Source: Camelus ferus (taxonomy: Eukaryota). Taken from it: a stretch of 64,000 nt of DNA. The translations under genes were made by a program, and so were the position numbers. How positions within the stretch are numbered: the stretch's first letter is position 1; every line of letters starts with the position of its first letter. The DNA is taken from positions 33,730,001-33,794,000 of the forward strand of contig NC_045697.1 in NCBI RefSeq assembly GCF_009834535.1, in the 5' to 3' direction. The notes under the pieces were generated by a model. The model worked only from the letters and a program-made list of their open reading frames with translations. It searched no databases and was not told the origin of the DNA. Positions 51,978 to 64,000 of this stretch are shown here, piece by piece.

Positions 51978-54606
51978 TAAAGTCTTAGGATGGACATTTT
52001 GTCTACAATGCCTATGAAATGTCCTGAAGATTAATACAAAGTTTTGTATCCATTGTGTGTAGCTCTTCATAACTTTTCTCAGATTCTCAAAGGCTATGGA
52101 CAACTAAAGTATAAACTAATGTTTTAACATAAAAGATGACATATATAATAAAACAGTCAACCAAGTAGGCAAACAAACATTTACAACTAATGTGTGACAA
52201 ACATCTGTATCCTATTTAATAAAACTATCCATTGCCAATTTCTATAAACTATTATGTAAATTTCAGGTTTCCTTTGAAAGTACTCAGCCTGATTTTTGTC
52301 AGTTTATTAAATAGCCAACTAGATTGGTAGACAAAATTTTGGAGTGGTAATAAGATGAATAATTTGAAAAAGTTCAACCAGTTTCTCTTTCTTTCCATTA
52401 ATTATTTCTGGTAAAATATTGAACCAATTTTAATAATTTGAAGAGGGTAATGATGTGAGTTAGTGCTTTAAATTCTGAAAGCTTGTGGTTATACACTTAG
52501 TTGAAACATTTCAGTTCTGAGAATATAGAAGCTACTGATTATCTTTACTTTTATGCATTTCTCTGTCCTATATATTTAGTATAGGTAAGAAAATTGATTT
52601 GATGCTCTCCAGTCATGGCTTTCCTTATTTATATTAAAATAATACTTCTACAAAAATTTACCTGTATGCTGGCCTGTTATTATTGTCTAGTTGTAGATTT
52701 TTATCTCTATTATTAAGAATTTCAAAACTGTCTATTGTTTTAATAGTTACAACATAAAAAATGACAAAAGCTAGAACACCTTAACAGCATTTATTTGAAT
52801 AAATATTTCATAATGTTAGTTGATTACTGGTTCGAAAATAAACATTTATTTTTCTTCGCCATAGAGCTAATGCAGATTTAGTGGTTTCAGTGTGAGTACT
52901 TGAAAGAGAATAAAATTTAAGCAATATTTGTATCTTATCTGAATAATTTCTATACATGAAATTTGGAAAGTCAATTATTATAGCAAATATTTTAAATTAT
53001 TAATTAAATTTTTTTTGACTGTCCATGACCAAACTGCACATTGAAGAAAGTATATCCACACTTAAGCATCTCCAAGATCCCACATTCATTTAAATTATAA
53101 TATGAAATACTAGCTCTCCAATATCAGCTTTTGTTTCACTTAAGTCTAATGTTTTATAATAAGTAGAATGAATACTTTTGAAGGACTTGGAATCCAAGTA
53201 ATGAATTTAATAAATACTTGTAGGCTTATTTGCAAATGACTAATAATGTGTGAAGTATTATTTTATTTGTTAGACCTTGAATTCTGAGGTAAGTCTCAAA
53301 GTAATTATAGAAGTATTACTTTATACTAGACTCCAAAGAGCCGTGATTGTTTTGCATGTGTGTGTGAATGTTCTATAAACTTTATACAAAGTACTATAAG
53401 AAGGAACATTCCCTTGATTGCATCCATGTATGCGTGTGTGTATTTTCAAAGTTTCTGAAAAAAAATACTACTATCAAGTGATAGACTTTTTTCAGCATCT
53501 AATAGTAATGAGTAACAAGGGCAACTGATGCATTACCAATAGTGCTCAAAATTAAATATATTGATAAATTTGTTGCCAAGTGCCTATCTTATGATAAATA
53601 CATTGTCTTGTTTCTTCTTCATTTTTTTAGCTGAAATAGCAGAAGTTAACTTCCTCTCAATTCTGAAAACTAGAAGTCTGAGACCTAGGTGTTATTAATA
53701 TTTAAATGTTTAAATTTAAATATGAATACCATCATTAATATTTAAATTCATGTTTGAATTATTTTCATTTTATCAGTTTTTTTACTAGTGATATGAAGAG
53801 ACTCCTACTTCAAATATATTCATAACCAGAAGAGAAATTAAATTAGCCTAAAGAATGCACTTATTCTCACTAATCATTGTGGATAAAAGTATTTTGGCCT
53901 TTCATGTTGTTTAAATGACAAAACTCTTTGAAGAAAAGCATAATGTCAGGTATTTGTATGTCTTTTTCAGTATTTTTAAATCCTCAGTATAGAACCTAGC
54001 ACACAAATCAGGTTAATACAAAGTAAATAATCAAAGTATCACAGGTGTATACTGGCTGACCATCAAACCGATGCAGCGTTTGGCACTAAATTTTCCATGC
54101 AAACCCAGGAACATGGAACATGACACAGTGGTATTATATTTGGTCCTCAGAAAACTACGAAGCCAGACTGCTCTTCATTACCATCTGGTGGCCACTGCAT
54201 GGAGTGGCATCAACCATAATTTTAAAAGAGTATTAGAGGAACTGAATATCACACTTAAGAACAGAGGGAAAAAAAACCAGTATTATTGATGAATGTTGAA
54301 AATGCACAAAGATAAAGACCAAAGAGGGATTTGGGATTTTCCTTAAAATAAAAAAGTATACCATAAAAAGTAATTGGAGAAAAGTTGAATGTTTGATAAC
54401 TAAGATTTATGAACAGCATAAGATATCCAAATCACTTCTATTTGTTTTACAACGGAAAAAGACAATTCAATTTTTTTTCTTTCAGAGGTAAATTAGATGC
54501 AACCATTTTTCTGGATTTAGTAACTATTTTGGTCATCCATGTATCTTTACATGCCATTTGACAAAGAAATACTCTTTTCCATTTTATTTACTTGGTAAAC
54601 ATTTAG

Positions 54607-54666
54607 ATATATATATGTATATGTATGTATGTGTGTGTATGTGTGTGTGTGTGTGTGTATATACAC

Positions 54667-54703
<37 letters not shown>

Positions 54704-54708
54704 CACAC
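54607..54708. repeat. Compound (TA)/(TG) microsatellite
   Basis: Read directly. Confidence 0.9.
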
Positions 54709-55423
54709 AAATTTAGCTTAAATGGCGCCTCACTTGAGAAGTCTATCTGTGTCCTCCTGGCTAAAGAGTTGATTATCCATCCTGACAGACTGTTGTTACA
54801 CATCTGCTAATCATTTACATAATAGTTTTTATTTATGATTGTCTGACTTTCTCAGGAGAGGGTATGGTGCCCTATTATCATTGTAAGACCTAGGTCCTAA
54901 GCCTTTAATATATATTCATGTAAGGAATAAATCCAGAAAATATATTATTATCTAGGAAATTTAAACCAAAGAAAAACTCTTACATTTTAGGCTTATCAGG
55001 CAGTGAAACAAGGACAGGGTGAAATTTTGGAGAAAGTAAAAGTCCAAATTGACCTTTTAAATTTTCCACTTCCATCACAGAATTACAAAGCCAAAATGGA
55101 GCCAAGAATATTACCTAGTTCTGCCACATAATTTTAAATATGAGACTGAGGCTTGGAGAATATATGACTTTCTCATATTCTGTAACAAATGACTACTAAA
55201 ATCAGGATTTGAATCCTTATCTTCTGACTCTTTATCAGTGAGATTCTTATTCTACTGGTTTAATCTCTGACCTCTTTTAGGAGAAATCTTAGTTCTAGAG
55301 AACTGGACCTTAAAAACTAAACAGCCTTGTAGAGATCTGAATTCTATACTTGATCTATGACCCGACTACACATATTTACAGGCAAATTAGGAGACCATTA
55401 TGTTATAGGGCAATATGATAATT

Positions 55424-55651
55424 CAATTGAACCATGAACAACACAGTTTGAAATACATGAATCCACTTATATGCAGATTTTTTTCAATAAACACCTTCTA
55501 CAGTACCACAGGGTCCATGGTTGGTTGAATCTACGGATGTGGAACTGCTGGATAGGAAGGCTGACTATAAAGTTATCAACCAATTTCCCACTGCGTGGGG
55601 GATGCATGCCCTAAACCTCTCCACCCCACCCCCTTATTCAAGGATCAGTGG
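55424..55651. mobile_element. Tigger2/MER8-like non-autonomous DNA transposon
   Basis: caattgaaccatgaacaacacagtttgaa...tccacttatatgcagattttttt ... ttcaaggatcagtg; degenerate TIRs. Confidence 0.75.
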
Positions 55652-57709
55652 TATATTTAAATTTTTCAAAGGACTTGACTTTTGGGCCAACAGTTCTAGG
55701 AATTTATCCTAAGAAAATAGCAAGGCATACATGCCAAGATTGTAAGCAGAATGAGCAACAGGACATTGTTATTAATACTTTTGAAAAAAGGATAGATTCT
55801 CTGATATAATTTCTGGCATCTTTGGCTATTAAGGGATATACTTTAAAGGCTGAGTAGGAGGTTTTTGAGATTGTCCAAAAATACCTTGTTTTTTAACCAA
55901 ACTTGTGTGATACCACTATAAAAACAGATGATACAGTCTCTCAGAATGTGTTTTTGATAAGATATGCTGGATAAAATCCAGAACCAATTTTCTTTTGTAA
56001 ATGTGTATTTGATGCCATATCATCCAGGTTTTTTTCAGCCTTAGAAATCATACTTCTAGGGAAAAAAAGTTTTTGGCATTTACAGACTTAACATTTATAG
56101 TTTCCATACTTTGGCACTTCCCATGGGTGCCTGGCATGTAGTTATTTGTAATTCTGCTAAGGCATAAATACAAACAGTGGGTGCTGTGAGTCCAGGGAGC
56201 TGACAGAGCCAGTCACTTGGCTGGTCTAAGCCAAAGGCATACCTGGGCTGAGGCCAAACACAACCTAGCTTTGTAGTTCTGGGGTTAATGTTCCCACACA
56301 CAGAAACTCTCCCAAGGTGATTAAAAGGAAAAAAAAAAAAAAGTGGTTCTTGGTGAATAACCATCCAGTACAATTTTAAATTAAATTTAAATCTAAATGC
56401 AGAAAAATGTAGCAAATGTGATTTGAGTAGTTTCTGAAATGGAGCCCTTTGATACTAAAAGAAACAGGAATTCAAGAGAAAGTAGTGAGGCAATGCAAAT
56501 ACTCAGTATTCATGAAGTAGAAACTGTCAACGGTCTATCTTAACCCACAGTCAGCTTTTTAGAAAGCTTCTGAAGATGCAGACACTAAAGATGCCTTTTT
56601 TTTTTTTCAGTCACTGAACATTCTGCAAATTCACAAAAATTAGGAACCAATGGCTCTACAATGAATACTGAATCTCCTTACCTGTCTTGAAATAGGTGAG
56701 CGGCAGCATGTGGAGCTCAGTTAATAATGTCTTCATTTATTTTGCCGTCTGCTCAACTTACCCACAGCCAACTCTGTGTTCCAGCCCTTTCTAAGAATAT
56801 AAAGGTTCTCTTCTTTTCCTTCCTTCTTGCTCTTTATTTTTTTATTTACTTGCAACTTGGAAATATCTGCTTTGGGGAGACTTTTGATATGTCTTTTCGA
56901 GTTCTCTAATAAAACAATAATTTCTTTTTGTTTTCCCCTTGCTTGGTATAATCAAACTATTTTTATGACTCATTTTGATGTTCTTTGAGATGGCCATGCC
57001 CTCCTCCTGGTATCTGTGTTTCTCTTTACATGTCTGCCTCAAACCTACTTCCACTCCCCCGTGTTTTCTGGGCTTTGCCTCATGTCTCATTTCTGCCAAG
57101 TGGGCTATTCTTAGCCCTTTCCGCTGGACCCCAGATGTCTCACATCTGAACATACACTATCATTTCCAGAACTGAATCAGCACTGGAGTCCATGTCTGAA
57201 ATGGAATGACTGTTCGACAGATATCAAGACTCATAAGTCAGTTGAATAATAAGGCTCAAAACTAAGACATTGAACAGTGGGCATTAAAGTCTTTCCTCTA
57301 CATTTTTTGATGTTTAAGATGTGATCTGATGATTATGTTACCAGAGCAACAAGCTATAATAAAATATAGTAAAAAAAAAAAAAAAAAAACTAACAAAGCA
57401 CTTTAACAGACTAATAGAGCAGAAAGAACTTTTAAAATTATCTCAATCAAGTCCCTGTCTCCTACTCCAGTGTTCCTTTAATGATTACATAGCAATCATT
57501 TTGTTGCATACTACGGAAGGGACTATGATAAGCAGTGAAACTACCTTGTTTTGTTAGTATAAGTAACTAATCAGTTGAAATGTTGGCTCAATTCCCTGAC
57601 ACGGTTTATTGTGGTGAAATTATCATGCATCACCATGCTATACTTATTATGTAGCAAAGTTCTTGTTTCTTCTTCCCCAAGGCTGGAGTATTATTTTATG
57701 ACCTTTTCT

Positions 57710-57912
57710 AATCCTGGTTCCTCCATGACTTAACTGTTTGACCTTGGGAACCTTGCTTCACTACTCTGGATTTCATTTTTATCGTTTACAAAATAGGGAC
57801 AATGACAGCCTATTTTACAGAATTGTTTGCAAGGATTACGTGCGTTACTACATGTTAAAACAATTCAGAGAGTGCCTGGAACATCATGAGCACTAACAAA
57901 GTGTTAGCTGTA
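57710..57912 (+). mobile_element. MIR SINE
   Basis: tgaccttgggaa...caaaatagggacaat...gtgcctggaacat...aaagtgttagct. Confidence 0.7.
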
Positions 57913-58069
57913 CTAATAACTAACAAATTCAGTGTTTGAAACTGACACTAATTTTAACTCGTTGTCACTGATGGAGAGAAAGTCTTTCTACAATTAGAGG
58001 TCAAGAGCTTAAAAGTGTTGAAATATTAGGGAGTTAACACACTGGTGTGAATAAGTTTTAGTCAAAGTG

Positions 58070-58602
58070 AAAACGAAGGCATTAAGCTTGCACTTTCAGT
58101 GGTGAATGGCGATCAAAGGTCCGTCGAAGTATGTAAGAATGAGAGGAAACGCAGCTGAGTGGAGAAAGTTTGCAAAAGAGAATGCTGGCGGCCCAGACAC
58201 ATCTCAGAGAATTTCCAGTTTGCTGGAGGAGGTCATGGAGAGGACGAGACCCATAGCTGACCCGGGCTCCTCACCCCCTCTCTGTCCCTGAAATGTACAT
58301 TCTGCCTACTGTGCCCTCACTGGGAGCTGTTTCAGTGACACAGCCTTGAGAGAGTAAGGTGTTGTTGAGACCATTTGGAAGGAATATGTGACCGAACTCC
58401 GTTAAGACTTCTCTATAAACCTTTAAGATTCTGGAGGACGTGTGCGAAGACCTACGCATCTTGCAGCCACCGGAGTCAGCCTTTGCCCGTAAGTTCCCTT
58501 CCTTATTAATACCACCACCTACCAACATGGAGCCATCTGCCTCTTTGCTCAGTCTCTCCTTGCCCTCCTTGCCTTGTACGGGGGCCAGTTTTTGAATCAA
58601 CA
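58070..58602 (+). mobile_element. Possible ERVL-type LTR
   Basis: GC-richer block ending ctctttgctcagtctctccttgccctcc...tacgggggccagtttttgaatcaaca, an LTR-like terminus; family not resolved. Confidence 0.4.
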
Positions 58603-61600
58603 CAATTCTGTCCATTGCTGCAGCAGGTATAAACCCAGAGGTGTGATCAGTGTACTTCTTTCATGCCTAATTGTGCAGACACACACACCGAGCTTGCCAC
58701 TGTGATCCTGCCCTGGGCTGAGGGGGCTGCAGTAGGAACTCAGCACAGCCACAAATGGTCTGGGCAGCAAATACTAAGAAACCTGGAAACAAGACCGAAA
58801 CAGGGCTGAGCCAAGGACATCTGCATGTGTATTGCTTGCCTGGGGCTAAAACTAAGTGCAGGACTGGGTGAGAGAAGGTCTTAGTTGGGGCCACATGGTC
58901 ATGCTTGACTGGAAAGCAGAGATGTCCCAGACACCAGGGCCAGACTGTTCTCAGGGAGATCTGTTTTGGGCACACATTTGTTCTGATAACTTGTTCTGGG
59001 GTTTATGAATTTGACTAATTCCTGCTTCACTTTGTATTTTTTAAACTGTTCCAACTCTGGGGTAGCTCAAAGTTTTATAGTTTCTTAGTAAAATACATTT
59101 CTTGGTGAAAGGAAAAGACATCCCATTCTCAAGTTTCGTAATTTGTGCTTAAATCTAATTTTACATGAATATGTGCAAATTTTCTCCCCATCTATTCATG
59201 ATTTATATTCTTCTCTCTAAACTCCTCCCAATCATTAAAAGTCAATTTTTTTAAAATATTTCAGAAGACAGGAAGTAAACCACCAAAAGTGACATAACAA
59301 AGACCTGTTGCTCTACACTCAGCTCTATTAAATTCTAACATTTTGTCAAGATTGAGTCAGAATTTAGTTAATAAAAACAAAACATTACAGATACAACAGG
59401 AACTTCCTGAGTACTCCACCACAACTGTTCTTCCATCTTTAAATGTAATTCTCTTTCTATGCATAATTTGTGTATTACTATTACTATTACGTATGTAGGC
59501 AAAATAAATAACGTTATTTATGATGCTTTTAATGTTTATATATATATACACGTATATATATAGTATGCAATTTGCTTTTTATATTAACATTATGTTTTGA
59601 GATTACTCATTTTTACACATTGTCATGGTAATTAACCCTAGCTTCTATAACCAACAACACACAGCATAATAAGATAAAAGTTTATTTCTCCCTCATGTAA
59701 GGTCCAACTTTGCTTACTCATGCAAAATTCTGGATAGATTTCCTCCAAGTGCTGACTCAGGATCTGAGCTTCTTCCAGCATGTGGTTCCTCTGTCTTAGA
59801 CTCCTATTTTTCTATCCTCATTGAAGTGGGAGAAAGTGGAAAAGAAAGGAAAGCACGCTAGGAATGTAACCATCTTGGCCAAAAAGTAACCTGTAATATT
59901 CTTCTTAACAATCTATTGTTCTGTGCATGTCACACACATCACTCTAACTTCAAGGGAGTTAGCTGCAAAAAAACAAAACAAAACAAAACAATAAATGGTT
60001 TCAGAGCATTAATTAGAAAATGTTGCCATTAATTGCCTGCTTTAACATCTTCTGTTTATCAATATAGTATATAAGCCAAGACTAGGCATGGACTAGCTTT
60101 GCAATATGTTTACTCTTTCTGCCTAACAAGAAAATACATTAACATTTTTTTCTATTTATTCATTCAGCCCTTCTTATCTTTATTCATTCCATTTTTCATT
60201 TATCCAAGAAGTATTTTTGATCTCCTACAATGCACCAGGATTTTTTGCTATAACTATTACAGTTATTTTTGCTAGAGGACGCTACCTAGCAGGGAAAATA
60301 TATGTCCAGCTAACTATAGAACTATGAGGAACATGTTTGAATAGAGGTTTTAATCAAATACTACAGCAGCTGGAGTATTAGGGAAAACTGCATCTTAACC
60401 TTCTTGAGGCTGAGATGGGCAGACAAGCCCTGTAGTGATAAAGTTCAGCATGTAAAAGTCTTGCTTCTGTTACACAGAAAATGGGAAAAGTTCAGCATTA
60501 ATTAAATACCAAGTACCTGGTGATGGGGGAGGAGTTCAATAAAGGAGAAACAGTATAAATAACAGGGAAAAGATAGGGTTGTGGTTCCCTGTGTCCCCAG
60601 ATATAGCATGTTGCCTTCAACAAAATATGAATCTTTGCAAAGCCAAAGATTCTTTAAAAATGTTTCACACTTTGCCCTATAAAAATTCATATTCTTGGGT
60701 ACTGAGTGATAAGTCAAGCCTATTATTTCAATTATTTTTTTCCACATCATTAAAAATGTTCAAGCTCTTTTAATAATGATTTAATAGAAATTTTTGGAAA
60801 ACCATAATCATTTGAACTGATTACTAAAGTGACATAGTGATGACACTTAGTGAATTACAAAACTGCCTAATAATTTTCTGTCAGAAAAGGAAGATCGAAT
60901 CCAGAAATGTTCTTTACCTTCCCCTAGGTGACAAAATTTCTATTATGCAGACAATTTAATGAACAAAATTATGTTCCTTGGCTGATATGATATGAGAGTA
61001 GAATCAGTTTTTAAACTAAGTGCTACAATGTCCAACCTGTTATTATTAGAAATTTTACTTTTAGCTGTTTTAAGAGGAGATTGAGAAATACTAGAATTAA
61101 TACTATTGTTTTTTACTTATGAGGTGTTTGGAAAGAGTGATGTTTGGCGTTAACTGCCCTGGAATGGAATTCTAGATCTGCAATTTACAAGATGTGTGGC
61201 CTTCTGCATGTCATGTAGTTTCTATTTATCTCACTATTTCTCACCTTTTAAAGAGAGTGTTGGGTTGGATTGTTAAGTTCCCTGGGGTGTTAGCATCCGG
61301 TGAGTCTAAAGGATTGTTTGGCATCATGATTTAGATATGACACACCTGTCAGAGAAAAGTTTTATGAATCTGGCAACTATGTAAAATTACACATACCTTC
61401 AATGATACTTTCATAAGAATGATGCTTTATGGGTTGCATTACTTATATATTTACTCAAACTCCTGGGAAAATTAAAAATGAACATTTTCTTAACTGAATA
61501 CTGCATGCAGTATTACAGGGAAATATTGAGAAAATATGAGATAGACTTCTAAGAGATTTGTATTGTGGAAACTACTGTAGGAAGTCACCTAAGGGCTAAA

Positions 61601-62479
61601 TCCAAAGAAATAAATAAGAAGCAATTGGAAACAAACAGGAATATAATATATAAAATAGGAAAGAGGAGCTTGAAGCAACAAAAAACAAAAAATACAAAGA
61701 TTTAAAATCTAATAATGTATTCCTTACACACACACACACTGACTTCTGTTTGAACATTAACTCTGTGGAATATTGACAAGATACCTAACTTCTTGAAGAC
61801 TAAGTACCCTCGTTGTGATTATTTCATGAATAGCACCTCACTAATCTCTAAATCGAAATTTTACACACTGCTGTATTAACACTGCTTTAGAGCCCCTGTG
61901 TGTGTTCATCCACAGATTGCTGAAAGAGGTTCAAAATTAGGTTGAAATAACTAGCTGTTCTCCCTCAGAACTCAAATAATTCATTTGTTGTCAAGTTCAG
62001 ATTTTAATTATTGACCTTTCTCTTTCAAACTGGAATCTCTTACCACTTTCCCTACTGCTTACCCATATTTTACTTTGTTTTTCCTGTTATAGAAAGCTGC
62101 CTTCTCTTTAACAAAGAATCACTTTTTATGTAATTAATTGTTGAATTTTTAGTGTTTCTAGTTTTAGCAATAAAACACATGCCACAACAAAATAATTGTG
62201 CTAATATTGGAAATCTAAATGTTTAGAATATATTTTCCTTCATATTTTGGCTCTTTTCTGGCAATTTATCAAATGTATATACATCACTAACTTTCAAAAA
62301 GGGAAACTTTCTCTGAAAAGAAACTTTTAATATCTTCCATTCTGATAGAGGTTTAGCTTAAAAATCTTAATGAGATGGAATCAAAATAATTTGAAACTAA
62401 AACTCTAGACCTCAAAATTTACTAACCAGAAAAAATAGTGCACTTCTCATCTGACTAATGGGAGATTCATTGTGGCCTC

Positions 62480-63525
62480 AAGCTGGTTGACCTATCAGCA
62501 GTAATTGATACCACTGATCGTTTCTTTTTCCCTAACATGGTTTCCTACCTTGGTGGCTTTCAGGATACCAAATTCTTCTGGTTTTCTTCCTTCCTGAGGT
62601 ATCTTCTCAGTGTCTTTTTCTAGTTCCTTTCTCTCTACCTCAAACTCAAAGAATTGGGAAAGCCCTGAGAATCTTGAATTTCTTCTGTTTTCTACATATA
62701 CTCACAATGCTGGTGAAATTATGCAATCCGTGGCATCAAATGCTGTGTTAATTTGCTAAGATTGCCTTAACAAAATATTACAGACGGGGTGCCTTAAACA
62801 ACAGGAGTTTACTTTCTCATGGTTCTGGAGGCTGGAGATCAAGGAGATCAAGATCAAGGTGTTTGCAAGTTTGGTTCTCCTGAAGTCTCTCTCCTCGGCT
62901 TCTTGCTGTGTCCTCAACTGGCCTTTGTGTGTGTGAACTCCTGATGTCTCTTCTTCCTCTCATAAGGACACCAGTCTTATTGGGTTAGGACTCCCTCTTA
63001 TAACCTTATTTAATCTTAGTTAACGCTTTAGAGTATTGGGTCAGTCTCCAAGTACAGTCAAGTCGAGGGCAGGGCTTCAACACAAAAATGTTGGAACACA
63101 CAATTAAGTCCGTAACAAATACCATCTACATGTTGATGGCTTTCAACTTTATATCTCCAGCAAGATTTCTTTGTTGACATGACACTATCCAAATACATCC
63201 AATTTAGCCTGTCCCAAACTGACTTATGACCCAAACTCCCTTTCCCCAGCTCTTCCTCGACATCCTCCTCAGCCCAGACAATGACAACTCTTTCATCTGT
63301 TCAGCTCAGAGATTTTGGTCATCCTCAATTCCTCTCTTTCCCTCACACCCCATATCCAATCGGTCAGAAATCCCTGTTGACTCCAGCGTCAAAATATATC
63401 CAGAATATGACTTCCCTTCTCATCCCCACCACTACTATCATAATTTTTCCACCTGAATTAGTGACATAACTCTTTCCATCTTGCCCTCCAGCAGTCTGCA
63501 TTCTAGAGTAGCTAGAGTGATTTTG
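62480..63525 (+). mobile_element. L2 fragment split by an MLT1 LTR
   Basis: tgacctatcagcagtaattgataccactgatc...; the L2 sequence resumes after the LTR as aataccatctacatgttgatg. Confidence 0.7.
62744..63117 (-). mobile_element. MaLR solo LTR (MLT1-type)
   Basis: TG...CA ends; gccttaaacaacagg...ggttctggaggctggag...aaggacaccagtc; flanking 5-mers aatgc/aatac. Confidence 0.8.
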
Positions 63526-63540
63526 TTTAAAAAAAAAAAA

Positions 63541-63935
63541 AGAGAAAGAAAGAGAAAGAAAAATACTATATGATATCACTTATATGTGGAATCTTAAAAA
63601 AAAAGACACAAATGAACTTATTTACAAAACAGAAACAGACTCATAGACATAGAAAACAAACTTATGGTTACAGAGGGAAAGTTGGTAGGGGAGGAATAAA
63701 TTATGAGTTTGGGACTAGCAGATACAAACTTCTATATATAAAATAGATAAACAACAAGATCCTACTGGATAGCACAGGGAACTATATTCAATACCTTGTG
63801 GTAACCTATAATGAAAAAGAATATGAAAACGAATATATGTATGTATATGTATGACTGAAATGTGCTGTACATCAGAAATTGACACAACATTGTAAACTTG
63901 ACTATATTTCAATTTTCAAAAAAGAAAAAATATTA
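63541..63935 (+). mobile_element. LINE-1 3' fragment
   Basis: atatgatatcacttatatgtggaatc...acagactcatagacatagaaaacaaacttatggtta...gacacaacattgtaaac; same family as the 3762 and 20955 copies. Confidence 0.9.
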
Positions 63936-64000
63936 AAATTGATTGTTTTCACATACACACACAAACAAGTCAGATATGTTATTCTTCATATCAGAGTCTT

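Overview
Mammalian genomic DNA, probably camelid (two tRNA-derived SINEs resembling Vic-1; I recognised no Alu, Bov-A, PRE or CAN SINEs). The window holds the promoter and coding exons 1-8 of GABRA4 (GABA-A receptor alpha-4) on the minus strand, with the ATG at 49024. The eight exons splice via GT-AG junctions into 378 uninterrupted codons. The last coding exon (TM4) was not found and should lie left of position 1. The rest is intron and upstream DNA with L1, L2, MIR, MaLR/ERVL LTR, MER5/Tigger relics and microsatellites. I see no new multi-gene system. The best leads are candidate post-transcriptional controls on GABRA4: (1) two out-of-frame upstream AUGs overlapping the CDS, one in strong Kozak context; (2) a poison-exon-like cassette before a (UG)15 tract upstream of exon 3; (3) an in-frame alternative acceptor that would insert 15 aa into TM2; (4) a possible intron-8 polyadenylation isoform lacking TM4. 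All four are sequence-based hypotheses that need RNA data. Repeat boundaries and subfamilies were judged by eye and are approximate.
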